In this document: positions 28,921 to 39,619 of the stretch, one piece after another | Layout: each line of letters starts with the position of its first letter | Numbering within the stretch: the stretch's first letter is position 1 | From: a candidate division WWE3 bacterium RIFCSPHIGHO2_01_FULL_40_23 | GTDB lineage: Bacteria > Patescibacteriota > WWE3 > UBA101185 > 2-01-FULL-41-18 | NCBI GenBank assembly: GCA_001772615.1 | Contig: MEUZ01000003.1 | Location: 12,450 to 76,449, forward strand | DNA: 64,000 bases | Reading direction: 5' to 3' | Notes under the pieces: generated by a model | What the model saw: the letters and a program-made list of their open reading frames with translations, nothing else | Databases searched by the model: none | Told to the model about the DNA's origin: nothing | Translations under genes and position numbers: made by a program

Positions 28921-29243
28921 AATTTTTATTTGAGGAAATTGCTAATATTGAATATTTAAATCTTGAATTTTCCAAGTTGGAAATAGAAGAAACGGAACTG
29001 GATCATTTAAACCACCTTGCAAAGTCAATTATCCATCACAAAACTTTGGATTTGATACTTGATGAGCTTCCCGATGACTGCAGGGAAGAATTCCTTGTAA
29101 TTTTATCAGAGGATGAGGACCATCAAACGGTTCTTGATTATCTAAAAAAGTCTATTAAAGACTTTGAGGTTAAACTAATTGAGAAAGTTAAAGAAATTGA
29201 GCTTGAATTAATGGCTGAAATTAAAGGTGAGGGTACTGCTTAG
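28917..29243 (+). CDS. Small acidic hypothetical protein
   Basis: 108 aa ORF with ATGA overlap to the upstream gene. Confidence 0.7.
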   Translation: MKFLFEEIANIEYLNLEFSKLEIEETELDHLNHLAKSIIHHKTLDLILDELPDDCREEFLVILSEDEDHQTVLDYLKKSIKDFEVKLIEKVKEIELELMAEIKGEGTA

Positions 29244-30294
29244 CCCTTTTCCACACAGCATTTACAAACCCCAAACCCATAAAAGTGCTTAACATTGAAC
29301 TCCCCCCATAGGACACGAGAGGGAGAGTAATTCCTGTTACCGGCATAATTCCTACATTCATCCCGATGTTAATAAACATCTGAAACAAAATAATTGTGAA
29401 GACACCCACACAGACGAAAAAACTAAATCTATCCTTTGAAAAAACCATTACTTTTAAAATACCCCAAAGAAGAAAGCCGAAAAGTACAAAAAGAAGGATT
29501 ACTCCCATAAAGCCCCATTCCTCCGAAAAAGAAGCAAAAATAAAGTCAGTATAATATTCAGGTAAAAACTTAAGCCTTGACTGTGTACCATGCCCGAAAC
29601 CTTTCCCAAAAATCAATCCGGAACCAACAGCAATCTGTGACTGTAAAACATTGTAACCTGCCCCAAGAGGGTCTTTATAAGGATCTAAAAACACAAAAAT
29701 CCTTTCTTTTTGGTAATCCTTCATTAAATTCCATACAGGGCCTGAAATAATACCAAATATAATAAAACCAATTAAAAAATAAACTTTATTAATCTTAGAA
29801 GACGCTAGAACCATTAAATAAACTAATACAATAATGATAGAGGTACCAAGATCCGGTTGAAGAAAAACCAAAAGAAATGTGGGAAGAAAAAGTGCCAAAC
29901 TTTTGAAAAAATCTGAAAGCTTGGGCTTTTCCTTGGCAATCTTTGAAAAAAAATAACTTAATAGGAACACCAGTATAATTTTGGCGAATTCAGAGGGTTG
30001 AAAGTTAAACGAACCAAAAGTTATCCATCTTAAAGATCCTCTAACTTCTTTTCCTGCTATCAGAGTTAATAAAAGCAGGAAATTCATGAATATAAATATG
30101 TACTTCCAAAAAGGAAAAAACATTGAGTAATCAATGGAAGAAAGCGTAAAAAAAAGAAGGATACCTAAAACAGTATATGCCACCTGTTGCCTTGCGTAAC
30201 CTTCAGAAAGAGATAAAAGAACAAAGATCCCAAGTGAGCTTATCAATATTGAGGGTATCAGAAGAGAAAAATTAATATTTTCAAGGATTTTCAT
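29221..30294 (-). CDS. rodA: Rod shape-determining SEDS protein RodA
   Basis: RW..G..FQPSEFAK, LQPDLGT, YQKERI, QSQIAVGSG, TDFIF, GITLPLVSYGGSS. Confidence 0.95.
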   Translation of the reverse strand: MKILENINFSLLIPSILISSLGIFVLLSLSEGYARQQVAYTVLGILLFFTLSSIDYSMFFPFWKYIFIFMNFLLLLTLIAGKEVRGSLRWITFGSFNFQPSEFAKIILVFLLSYFFSKIAKEKPKLSDFFKSLALFLPTFLLVFLQPDLGTSIIIVLVYLMVLASSKINKVYFLIGFIIFGIISGPVWNLMKDYQKERIFVFLDPYKDPLGAGYNVLQSQIAVGSGLIFGKGFGHGTQSRLKFLPEYYTDFIFASFSEEWGFMGVILLFVLFGFLLWGILKVMVFSKDRFSFFVCVGVFTIILFQMFINIGMNVGIMPVTGITLPLVSYGGSSMLSTFMGLGFVNAVWKRAKQYPHL

Positions 30295-30325
30295 AGAAGA
30301 TAGTTTTGGTTAGCACTCTTTGAAG

Positions 30326-33133
30326 CTATGAGCGAATCCTAAGCTTGCTTCCCTTTATAAAAGCCTTCACCTTGGCTTTGGATTTTACATATTCCCCAAA
30401 TCTCTTAAGCATAATGTCGGTTTCGTTATTTTTTTCATATTCAAGCTCAATAAATTTGTCAAGAGAAACACCCATAACTTTTCTAAGAGACTGTATAGAT
30501 CTAATAAACTCCCTCGCGCTGCCTTCAAGTAATAACTCCTCATTTAGCTTTGTGTCAAGTTCAACGGTAATAAGATCGGTTTTTTGAGTTTTAATCTTAA
30601 CATCCTTCACATTAAGCTCATCTTTAATAACTTCTAAGAGAGCGGGAGTCAGTTTCCCTTTTGAACTTGCAATTTTTAGGAGCGTAAGCGGCTGTCTCAC
30701 CTTAATACCTTCTTCCCTTCTCTTGGCGTGCCCTTTTTCTGAAACAATCCTTACAAAAGCCATTTCTTCTTCCAGTTTTTTATCAATTTTTCTTGCATCA
30801 AAGCTTGGCCACTCTGAAAGATGAACGGACTCCTGGCTGGTAAGCTCTTTAAATGCCACCTCCGAAATAAAAGGCGCTATAGGGGCAAGCATTTTGGAAA
30901 GATTTATCAAGGAATAAGCCATTATACCCTGGGAAATTAAACTTTCTCTAATCCTTTCTCTGCTTCTTCTTAAATACCATGTGGAAAAATCATCAATAAA
31001 CGCCTGCAATGCCCTGCATGATGACACAACATCATATAAATCCATATACCTTGTTACATCTCTGACGGTTGAATTAATTCTAGAAAGGAGCCATTTATCC
31101 ATTAAGTCTGAAGAATTTTCCTTAACCACATCCGATTTAGAATAAAGCTTATAGAAAGAGAAAACATTCCAGAAAATATTAATAACTTTCTTATATACCT
31201 CATCTACATCTTTTTCGTTAATAATCACATTTTCCGCCCTCATTACTGAAGTAGACATCATATAAAATCTCAAAGAATCAACACCATACCTCTCAAAAAC
31301 TAGGGCGGGGTCGGGATAATTCTTTCTTGATTTTGATAATTTTTTCCCATCAGTCCCAAGATAAACTCCTGTCACTACCACATTCAAGAAACTCGGCTTT
31401 TCAAATAATGCAACTGAAATCCTATGAAGCACGTTAAACCAGGCTCTTACCTGCCCTACATATTCGGCGATAAATTGCGCGGGATAGTTTTCTTCAAACT
31501 TTTCCCGATTCTCAAAAGGATAATGCAAAGAGGCGAAAGGCATTGAGGCAGACTCAATCCAGCAATCAAAAACCTCGGGGATCCTTTTCATCTCCCCACC
31601 GCATTTACACTTTAATAAAATTTCATCAATGTATGGTCTGTGCAAATCTTTAAGCTTGTCAACAAGACTTTTGTCAACCGCCCTCTCCCTCATTTCCGAC
31701 ACACTCCCCACTATCTCTTTTAAGCCGCACTTTGAACAAATCCAAACAGGCATTGGAGATCCCCAATATCTACTCCTTGATATATTCCAATCTGGGGAGG
31801 ATTCAAGAATATTCTTAAACTGGCCATGTTTAAAATGGCCCGGAAACCAGTTGATCTTTTCATTTTCTTTTATAAGCTTTGGTTTTATCTTCTGTATATT
31901 AATAAACCAGGCGGGAACCGCATTGTAATATAGCGGCGTGTCACATCTGTAGCAAAAAGGATAAGAGTGGGTTGTCATCTCATCTTTTAAAAGAAGTTCT
32001 CTTTGCTTAAGATCTTCAATTATTATTGGATTGGCTTCTTTAAAAAATTTGCCTGACACCAATGTTACAAAATTTTGAAATCTTCCCTGATCATCAAGCA
32101 TCGGAACTGTGGGAAGGTCCATCTTTAACGCTGCTTTGTAATCATCTTCCCCGTAGATTGCTGCCGTATGAACAACACCGGTTCCTTCCTCCATACTCAC
32201 AAAATCGGAAGAAAAAACATAGTAAGCTTTCTTATCTCCTATCGGCAGGTAATTGTACAAAGGCTCATACCCAAGCCCTACAAGATCTTTCCCCTTAAGG
32301 GTTCTTAAAAGTTTGTACCCTTTTGGAAGAATTGAAAGCCTGCTCTTGGCAAGGTAATAAGTTTCGTCTCCGGCTTTAACCTCCGCATAATCCAAACTTT
32401 CATCAACTGCAAGACCTACATTTCCAGGGAGAGTCCAAGGTGTAGTCGTCCAGGCCAGAATGTACGCACTCTTCTTTGATACAAGCTTAAATTTTACATA
32501 AACCGAGGTTTCAGTGACATCCTGATAACTGTTATCCATCGCAATCTCAAAATTTGAAAGCGGCGTAGCACATCTTGGACAATATAAAATTACATGCCTT
32601 CCTTCATAAATAAGTCCTTTGTCATAAAGTTTTCCAAACGCCCACCAGACAGATTCAATGTAGGTATTATCAAGAGTCTTATAGGAATTTTCCATGTCAA
32701 CCCATCTTCCAACCCTCCTTATCACTTTCCTCCACTCCTTGTCATATCTAAAGACTGAAGCTCTGCAGGCTTGATTAAACTTTTCAATACCCAATTCTTC
32801 AATACCTCGCTTCCCTCCTTTGAGTTTTAATTCCTGCTCTATTAAATTTTCTATAGGAAGACCATGGCAGTCCCATCCCCATACTCTCTCAACTCTATAA
32901 CCTCTCATGGTGAAATATCTGGGGACAACATCCTTTGCCGTGGATCCAAGAATATGACCGTAATGGGGAAGTCCTGTCGCAAACGGGGGTCCATCATAAA
33001 AAACGAAGGAACGGGACTTAGGATTCTTCTCAACGCTTTTTTCAAAAATTTTATTCTTATCCCAAAAATCCAAGACTTTCTTCTCAAGCTCTGAGAAATT
33101 CACTTTTTCCTGATAGTTTTTTACAAATTGCAT
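30326..33133 (-). CDS. ileS: Isoleucine-tRNA ligase, type 2
   Basis: YDGPPFATGLPHYGH, GWDCHGLP, WNISRSRYWG, KLSKS; no C-terminal Zn finger. Confidence 0.97.
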   Translation of the reverse strand: MQFVKNYQEKVNFSELEKKVLDFWDKNKIFEKSVEKNPKSRSFVFYDGPPFATGLPHYGHILGSTAKDVVPRYFTMRGYRVERVWGWDCHGLPIENLIEQELKLKGGKRGIEELGIEKFNQACRASVFRYDKEWRKVIRRVGRWVDMENSYKTLDNTYIESVWWAFGKLYDKGLIYEGRHVILYCPRCATPLSNFEIAMDNSYQDVTETSVYVKFKLVSKKSAYILAWTTTPWTLPGNVGLAVDESLDYAEVKAGDETYYLAKSRLSILPKGYKLLRTLKGKDLVGLGYEPLYNYLPIGDKKAYYVFSSDFVSMEEGTGVVHTAAIYGEDDYKAALKMDLPTVPMLDDQGRFQNFVTLVSGKFFKEANPIIIEDLKQRELLLKDEMTTHSYPFCYRCDTPLYYNAVPAWFINIQKIKPKLIKENEKINWFPGHFKHGQFKNILESSPDWNISRSRYWGSPMPVWICSKCGLKEIVGSVSEMRERAVDKSLVDKLKDLHRPYIDEILLKCKCGGEMKRIPEVFDCWIESASMPFASLHYPFENREKFEENYPAQFIAEYVGQVRAWFNVLHRISVALFEKPSFLNVVVTGVYLGTDGKKLSKSRKNYPDPALVFERYGVDSLRFYMMSTSVMRAENVIINEKDVDEVYKKVINIFWNVFSFYKLYSKSDVVKENSSDLMDKWLLSRINSTVRDVTRYMDLYDVVSSCRALQAFIDDFSTWYLRRSRERIRESLISQGIMAYSLINLSKMLAPIAPFISEVAFKELTSQESVHLSEWPSFDARKIDKKLEEEMAFVRIVSEKGHAKRREEGIKVRQPLTLLKIASSKGKLTPALLEVIKDELNVKDVKIKTQKTDLITVELDTKLNEELLLEGSAREFIRSIQSLRKVMGVSLDKFIELEYEKNNETDIMLKRFGEYVKSKAKVKAFIKGSKLRIRS

Positions 33134-33150
33134 ACAAGAAACCTTTCCCT

Positions 33151-33267
33151 TTACATCTCCCTAAGAACAATCTCATCAACTTCCCTAGCCCTAACAACCA
33201 GCACTCCCACAACAACAAATCCAAAAACAATCAAAATGACCAGTGATAAAAACGTTTTAAAACTCAT
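33151..33267 (-). CDS. 38 aa single-pass membrane protein (not in ORF track)
   Basis: MSFKTFLSLVILIVFGFVVVGVLVVRAREVDEIVLREM*; start overlaps the pduO stop, GGAG upstream, fills the gap to ileS. Confidence 0.65.
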   Translation of the reverse strand: MSFKTFLSLVILIVFGFVVVGVLVVRAREVDEIVLREM

Positions 33268-33805
33268 CCCTTTTACTCCATATGAACTCTTTCGTATTTT
33301 CCATCTTATTAACATAGCGTGCAAGGGTAAAAAGCAAGTCAGAAAGCCTGTTTAAATACATGATGATACTTCCCGATACTTTTTCTTCCTTAGAAAAAGA
33401 CACAATGTTTCTCTCGCATCTTCTGCAAACAGATCTGGTTAAATGAAGTGAGGAAGAAGGAACTGATCCTCCGGGAAGAATAAAATTTGAAAGCTTACTA
33501 ACCTTGGCAGAATACTTATCTATGCACTTTTCTACAAAGGAAGTTCTCCTTTTTAACCTGGAGGATGTTCTAACCTGTTCTTCCAATGAAGGAAGTACAA
33601 AACCTATCGTAAATAAATCTCTCTGAACACCAGTAAGAATCAAGTTTATCTCGTCAAGCTTAATATAGGAGATGCTGACACCCAAAGCACTGTTAAGCTC
33701 ATCCAAACATCCTAAAGATTCTATGATTTTTGCATCCTTTGAAACTCTCTTACCTCTAAACAGAGAAGTTTTTCCCTCGTCACCTGTTTTAGTGTAAATT
33801 TTCAT
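33257..33805 (-). CDS. pduO: ATP:cob(I)alamin adenosyltransferase, PduO type
   Basis: KIYTKTGDEGKT, LDELNS, FILPGG, RSVCRRCER, YLNRLSDLLF. Confidence 0.95.
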   Translation of the reverse strand: MKIYTKTGDEGKTSLFRGKRVSKDAKIIESLGCLDELNSALGVSISYIKLDEINLILTGVQRDLFTIGFVLPSLEEQVRTSSRLKRRTSFVEKCIDKYSAKVSKLSNFILPGGSVPSSSLHLTRSVCRRCERNIVSFSKEEKVSGSIIMYLNRLSDLLFTLARYVNKMENTKEFIWSKRDEF

Positions 33806-33853
33806 ACTATTAAGGATTATAGGTTAAAGTTGAAGAAGATGAAAATTGAATCC

Positions 33854-36337
33854 TTAGCATCTGCTGTACCCGCACGTATAGCACTTGGCACAGCCCTCTT
33901 CCAAAACGAGAGTTGAGTTACCACAGTCAGGGCACATGTCGGAAGAAAAGAACAAGTTTTGCTCTTTCTTTTCGGGCTCAATAATATTGTGGCCGTTCTG
34001 TTTAACGGTAAAACCAAATTCCCTGGCAAAAACTTTTGCCACAGCATCAGGTATTGATGAAATCCTGTTAGGGCCAAAACCTATAGAGCTCGAACCACCG
34101 ATACCTATAAGCTGGTCTATTATTTCGCTAACTGTATGAGAGGAATCTCTTGATGATCTTAACCATCCGGACATAAGTCTTCCCATTGCCTCTGCGAGGC
34201 CTGAAACATCTGAACCCGCTTTACCTACAGTTAGAAAAACCTCAAAAGGCTCATTTTCCCTTTCCCTTGTTATGTTTATATACGCTACCCCTTGAGGTGT
34301 TCTTAATTTATATGTCACACCTTCAAGTCTTTCCGGTCTTGCCTTTACAGCACTCACATCAATATTCTTTATGGTACTAGAAGCATCCGATTCTTTCTTC
34401 TTTTTGGTTTCATGTGTTTCCAAGACCACTTCCTTTCTTGTACCGGTAACATAGACTGTAATCCCCTTACACCCAAGCTTCCAAGCCTTTATATAAACCG
34501 ATGCAATGTCATCCTTAGTTGCCGTTTCCGGAAAATTACATGTTTTTGAGAGCGAGTTGTCAATAAAAGCCTGGATAGAGGCCTGCATCATAACATGTTC
34601 ATCAGGTGTAATATCAGATGAAACTACAAAAACGTTTTTTATTTCTGCGGGAAGTTCTGCTACTCTCTGGCATGTTCCGGTTCTAACAACCTCATCTATT
34701 ATTTTTTCTTTAAGCTTTGCCTCTATACCAGCTTCATTTAAAGCGTTTTCAAAAAGCGGACTTGTGTAAGTAAGGGTGAGCTTGTTTTCATTTCCAGCGG
34801 CCTGATAAACATTCCTCAAATAGGCCAAAGCAAAGGCGGGCTCACAGCCATATCCTTCGCAACCTGCGACAGTTGAGATTGTCCCCGTAGGGGCAACCGT
34901 CGTCTGAGCCCCATTTCTTATCCCATACTTTTTTATACCTTCGGTTACAACATTCCAGTCCAGTTTGGGCCTCCACCAGTTTGTGGCATGTGAAAATAAT
35001 GGTTTTGGAGGTTCCCACTTCAAGTCTTTAGGATCGTAGATACTTCCCGAAATAGCTTTGAAGGACCCGCGCTCCCTTGCAAGATCTATGGATGTAATCA
35101 TTGAGTGGTATCTGATAAATTCTGAAACTTGAGACGCAAACTCACAACCTTCCCTACTCCCATAACGGATCCCAAGGGTATACATACTATCAGCAAGACC
35201 CATAAAACCAAGTCCTATTCTTCTTACGCTTTCTGCCGATCTTCTTAGCTCCGGAACTGCCTCAACGTACTTATTGGCCGTAACCACATTGTCTAAAAAT
35301 CTTGTAGAAAGGATCACTGTTTCCTTCAAGGCACCCCAATCCAGTTTTTTATCAGGGGTTATATGCTCGGCAAGGTTAACAGAGCCAAGACAACAATTTT
35401 CGTAAGGGCCTAACCACTGCTCTCCACAAGGGTTGGTTGCTTCTAGAGAGTAAAGATGGGGAACTGGATTTGATCTGTTTGCAACATCAATAAATAAAAC
35501 ACCGGGTTCTCCGTTCCTGTGAGCGAAAGAAATAATCATATCAAATATTTCTTTAGCTAAAACCGTTTCAACAATCCTTCCGTCGTGTGGGTCAATAAGA
35601 TCGTAGGTGGTGTTTGATTCAACAGCTTTCATAAAAGCATCTGTAACTGCAACAGAAATGTTAAAATTGGAGACACTTCCCTCGGTTGCTTTGCAGGAAA
35701 TAAAGTCCCTTATATCCGGATGGTCAACTCTTAAAACTGCCATATTTGCCCCCCTCCTTGCTCCCCCTTGAGCTATCTCCCCAAAAGCTGAATCATAAAC
35801 TTTAAGAAACCCTACTGGACCTGTTGCTTTGCCATTGCTCGTTTTAACAATTGCACCCTTTGGCCTTAATCTTGAAAACGAGAAACCATTCCCTCCGCCA
35901 ACCTGCTGAATTAACGCTGCTGCTCTAAGAGTGGAAAATATCCCATTAGATTCTTTACCAAGGTCGTCTTCTATAGGCAGTACAAAACAAGCCGCGAGCT
36001 GACCAAGTGGAGTTCCGGCACCCGTAAAGGTAGGGGAGTTTGGAAAAAACTTTTTTGTGGTGAGAAGATTATAAAACTCAACTTCAGAAGTCTTTACATC
36101 AAGGTATCCCAAGTCCGGCTCCGCAACACATCTTGCGATTCTTTCAAACATTTCTTCTATACCCTCCGCAGGCTCTCCGTCGGCGCCTCTTCTTAAGTAT
36201 CTTTTTGTAAGAACTGTTTTACTATTTTCATCTAGTACAATTCTTGTATTCTTCTCAATATGTTTTTTTGAATCAACTCCACCTGATCCATTTAAAGTAG
36301 CATCTTTACTTGAAGGTTTAACCTGTAGCCACTGCAT
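33854..36337 (-). CDS. nrdJ: Class II (adenosylcobalamin-dependent) ribonucleotide reductase with C-terminal TSCPD/Zn-ribbon region
   Basis: [38 protein letters not shown], terminal [19 protein letters not shown]. Confidence 0.95.
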   Translation of the reverse strand: MQWLQVKPSSKDATLNGSGGVDSKKHIEKNTRIVLDENSKTVLTKRYLRRGADGEPAEGIEEMFERIARCVAEPDLGYLDVKTSEVEFYNLLTTKKFFPNSPTFTGAGTPLGQLAACFVLPIEDDLGKESNGIFSTLRAAALIQQVGGGNGFSFSRLRPKGAIVKTSNGKATGPVGFLKVYDSAFGEIAQGGARRGANMAVLRVDHPDIRDFISCKATEGSVSNFNISVAVTDAFMKAVESNTTYDLIDPHDGRIVETVLAKEIFDMIISFAHRNGEPGVLFIDVANRSNPVPHLYSLEATNPCGEQWLGPYENCCLGSVNLAEHITPDKKLDWGALKETVILSTRFLDNVVTANKYVEAVPELRRSAESVRRIGLGFMGLADSMYTLGIRYGSREGCEFASQVSEFIRYHSMITSIDLARERGSFKAISGSIYDPKDLKWEPPKPLFSHATNWWRPKLDWNVVTEGIKKYGIRNGAQTTVAPTGTISTVAGCEGYGCEPAFALAYLRNVYQAAGNENKLTLTYTSPLFENALNEAGIEAKLKEKIIDEVVRTGTCQRVAELPAEIKNVFVVSSDITPDEHVMMQASIQAFIDNSLSKTCNFPETATKDDIASVYIKAWKLGCKGITVYVTGTRKEVVLETHETKKKKESDASSTIKNIDVSAVKARPERLEGVTYKLRTPQGVAYINITRERENEPFEVFLTVGKAGSDVSGLAEAMGRLMSGWLRSSRDSSHTVSEIIDQLIGIGGSSSIGFGPNRISSIPDAVAKVFAREFGFTVKQNGHNIIEPEKKEQNLFFSSDMCPDCGNSTLVLEEGCAKCYTCGYSRC

Positions 36338-36481
36338 ATTCTAAAAAACAAAAAATCCCTGACGAAGCTTATAACAAAGCCTAATTGTTAATAATAAATA
36401 AATACCTGGCTATATTTATTGAACCATACACAAGATTAGCAAGCAAGAAGATTTTTCTGCTACATTAGAGGGAATTAAGGA

Positions 36482-37582
36482 TTATCTTTTTCTCAAGAAA
36501 GTTGGAATATCAAATCTCTCATCACCAAACAGATTATCTTCTTTCTTAATTTCTTCTTTTTCAGGTTGTTCTTCCAGTTTTTCCGCCATCTTTTCTCTCT
36601 TCTCTATTCTCCCATACTGCTTAACCAGCTCATTATCAAAACCTGTGGCAATAACGGTTATTTTAACTTGATCATCAAGACTTTGATCTATCGTTGCCCC
36701 AAATATGATATTGGCATCAGAGCTTGCAGCCTCGCTTATAATCCTTGCTGCCTCATCTACTTCATGCATTGATAGGTTATCACTTCCAATAACGTTAAAT
36801 AATATACCTGTAGCACCTTCTATTGAAACTTCAAGAAGCGGTGAGGAGACAGCTGCCCTTGCTGCTGTTACAGCTCTATTCTCACCTGTTCCTCTTCCAA
36901 TACCCATTAATGCGGAGCCAGCTTCCGTCATAATAGTTCTAACATCCGCAAAATCAACGTTTATTAGTCCTGGCATAGTAATTAAATCTGAAATCCCCTG
37001 TACACCTTGACCCAAAACATTATCTGAAACCTTAAACGCTTCTATTATAGACATCTTTTTCTCTACAACTTCCAAAAGCTTCTGGTTCGGAATGGTAATC
37101 AACGCGTCAACCTTTCCTTTCAGATTAGTGACGCCTCTTTCAGCATTTTGCATTCTCCTAGTACCTTCAAAGTTAAAAGGTTTAGTAACAAAACCGACGA
37201 CCAAAGAACCTACCGATTTTGCAATCTCTGCAATTATGGGTGCAGCACCCGTGCCGGTTCCACCCCCCATCCCCGCTGTAATAAAAATCATGTCTGAACC
37301 CTCAAGATGCCCTTTTATCACATCAGAGGACTCGTGAGCTGCCCTTTCCCCTATTTCAGGATTAGCTCCCGAACCAAGACCTTTAGTTATTTCCTGACCA
37401 ATTGGAATTTTTATAGGCGCTTGATTAACAGACAAGGCCTGTGCATCCGTGTTAATTGCAATAAATTCCACTCCTGCAATACTTTGGGATTCAATCATCG
37501 TATTTAATGCATTGCAACCGCAACCTCCTATACCGACTACTTTAATTTTAGCGTAACGCTCTATCTCAGGCTTCACCAACAT
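36482..37582 (-). CDS. ftsZ: Cell division protein FtsZ
   Basis: AGMGGGTGTGAAP, INVDFADV, C-terminal DIPTFLR. Confidence 0.99.
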   Translation of the reverse strand: MLVKPEIERYAKIKVVGIGGCGCNALNTMIESQSIAGVEFIAINTDAQALSVNQAPIKIPIGQEITKGLGSGANPEIGERAAHESSDVIKGHLEGSDMIFITAGMGGGTGTGAAPIIAEIAKSVGSLVVGFVTKPFNFEGTRRMQNAERGVTNLKGKVDALITIPNQKLLEVVEKKMSIIEAFKVSDNVLGQGVQGISDLITMPGLINVDFADVRTIMTEAGSALMGIGRGTGENRAVTAARAAVSSPLLEVSIEGATGILFNVIGSDNLSMHEVDEAARIISEAASSDANIIFGATIDQSLDDQVKITVIATGFDNELVKQYGRIEKREKMAEKLEEQPEKEEIKKEDNLFGDERFDIPTFLRKR

Positions 37583-37594
37583 AAATTGAAAATC

Positions 37595-38845
37595 TTAGGG
37601 CAGAAAAGATTTAAAGAAATTAATACTCTTAGAGACTAATCCACCAATCTTACTCTTTGAGCCTCCAAAAGACAAGTTTGAACTCTTAGTTCGCATAAAA
37701 TGACTTCCGTAAAGAAGAACCCCAACAGTTGCTGAAAAAGCCGGGCCTTCAATTTCATCAATTAAACCCGTAACACCTCTAGGATATCCAACTCTTACAG
37801 GCATTTTTAGCACGTTTTTTGCTATTTTTTCAATACCACAGGTCGCGGCAGCCCCTCCTGTTACAATGAGACCAGCCGGAAGCTTACCCGAAAGGTTTCC
37901 TTTCCTTACTTCCAAAGCAATCAACCTCAAAATTTCGTCAAGCCTAGCATCAATGATGTCATATAAAAGTTTTTTTGGGATAGTATCTGTATCAAGATTA
38001 AATTCTGTAACATCCAAATCGTCGTTTTTCTTCTCGCCTTCCAAAGGTTTTTTGTCTCTCTCAAGAGAAAGATTAATCTTTATTTTTTCCGCAGCTTCCA
38101 TTGAAGCCCTTAGCCCTATTGCAAGATCAGAAGTTACATGCTGTCCTCCAATTGGAAGAACTGAAGAATATACGGGACTTCCATCTGAAAAGATAACTAT
38201 GGATGTCGTGCCCCCGCCTATATCAACAAGTATAGCCCCAAGCTCTTTTTCGGTATCGGTTAAAACAGCCTCACTTGATGCTATACCAGTAAATACAAGA
38301 TCCTCAACCTCTACACCGACTTGAGTAACGCATTTAACCAAATTTCTCATGCTTGTTGCAAGGCCTGTTATAACATTCGTCTCAACCTCAAGTCTTACAC
38401 CGCTCATACCGGTCGGATCTTTTATGCCGCTTTGTCCATCCACTATGAAATCCCTAGGAATAACATGGATTATCTCTTTGGAAGATGGTAAAGAAATTGC
38501 CTGCGCGGCTTCCGTAACTCTTGCTATGTCTTCTGCACCTATCTCAACACCTTGATGCGACACTGCAACCACTCCATGTGAATTCATTGACTCTATATGA
38601 CTTCCTGAAACCGTTACATAAGCCGACTGAATTGATATTCCGGCCATCCTTTGAGCTCTCTCCAAACTCTGATCAATTGCCTCCACAGCCTCATCAATAT
38701 CAACAACTACACCCCTTTTTATTCCAGTGGATGGAACTTGAGAAACACCTATAACTGAAACCCTGCCTTCTGAAACATTCGCAACTATGGTACTGATTTT
38801 TGAAGATCCTATATCTATTCCGGTTACAAATTTATCTTTACCCAT
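37595..38845 (-). CDS. ftsA: Cell division protein FtsA
   Basis: GIDIGSSKI, VDIGGGTT, VTGGAA, amphipathic C-tail. Confidence 0.97.
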   Translation of the reverse strand: MGKDKFVTGIDIGSSKISTIVANVSEGRVSVIGVSQVPSTGIKRGVVVDIDEAVEAIDQSLERAQRMAGISIQSAYVTVSGSHIESMNSHGVVAVSHQGVEIGAEDIARVTEAAQAISLPSSKEIIHVIPRDFIVDGQSGIKDPTGMSGVRLEVETNVITGLATSMRNLVKCVTQVGVEVEDLVFTGIASSEAVLTDTEKELGAILVDIGGGTTSIVIFSDGSPVYSSVLPIGGQHVTSDLAIGLRASMEAAEKIKINLSLERDKKPLEGEKKNDDLDVTEFNLDTDTIPKKLLYDIIDARLDEILRLIALEVRKGNLSGKLPAGLIVTGGAAATCGIEKIAKNVLKMPVRVGYPRGVTGLIDEIEGPAFSATVGVLLYGSHFMRTKSSNLSFGGSKSKIGGLVSKSINFFKSFLP

Positions 38846-38851
38846 ACTGAT

Positions 38852-39619
38852 CTATTCTACTACTACATTATCATATCTTAAATCTATTTTTTTTAACACG
38901 ATTTCATTCTGATCTTGACGCTTAATAACCTCTTTTAACAAACTTATCTGTGAAAAAACATCTTTCTTTAGGCTTATATAAACCTTAATATCGCCTTTTA
39001 TTAGAGCTTCCACATAGCTGTCATTTTCAATTCTTAAAAAAGTCATATTTATGTCTTCCTCTTCCATTATTTTTACAATTAAAAGGGGTACACTAAGGTA
39101 ATTTCCAGGAACGAAACCACCGTTTGTTATGTCGCCATCCCCCCTATAAAGCACCAGGGGAAGATTTAAAAAAGGTGGTTTAACTTCTCCCAGAACAAAA
39201 CCTTCATCATCAACTAAATATGTAACTTCTGAACCTTCCTTTTTTACGAGTGCCGCTTCTTTTCTTTCCACAAAGTTCACATATATGGAATCAGGATAAA
39301 CTCTCTTCACACTAAGCACTTTTATTGAGGGGAATGTTCCCAAAAACATTGCTATCAACTCTTTTTTATTGAGAAGCACTATGTTTTTCCCTAGCACATT
39401 TGCCTCCACAACCGTTTTAATATTTTTGGCATCAGTAAATTTGGCATTTCCCTCTACGATCACTCTTTTGATAACGAGATTTTCAAGAAACTTTTTTGGA
39501 AGTGAGGATCTAAGAAAAAAAAGTATAAAACCAACAAAAATTATCCCCAAGAAAATAGGCGGGAGTTTTGAAAACTTTCTTCTGATGTTACTTAACAAGT
39601 ATTTCCTGGTATATGTCAT
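38852..39619 (-). CDS. ftsQ: FtsQ/DivIB-like protein
   Basis: TM + POTRA (VIVEGN, KRVYPD...VER), terminal IDLRY; upstream of ftsA. Confidence 0.88.
   Translation of the reverse strand: MTYTRKYLLSNIRRKFSKLPPIFLGIIFVGFILFFLRSSLPKKFLENLVIKRVIVEGNAKFTDAKNIKTVVEANVLGKNIVLLNKKELIAMFLGTFPSIKVLSVKRVYPDSIYVNFVERKEAALVKKEGSEVTYLVDDEGFVLGEVKPPFLNLPLVLYRGDGDITNGGFVPGNYLSVPLLIVKIMEEEDINMTFLRIENDSYVEALIKGDIKVYISLKKDVFSQISLLKEVIKRQDQNEIVLKKIDLRYDNVVVE

Noticed and set aside
36338-36481. Possible NrdR boxes or cobalamin riboswitch upstream of nrdJ
   Set aside because: Only weak partial NrdR-like matches in AT-rich sequence, and no recognisable B12-box or conserved riboswitch core.
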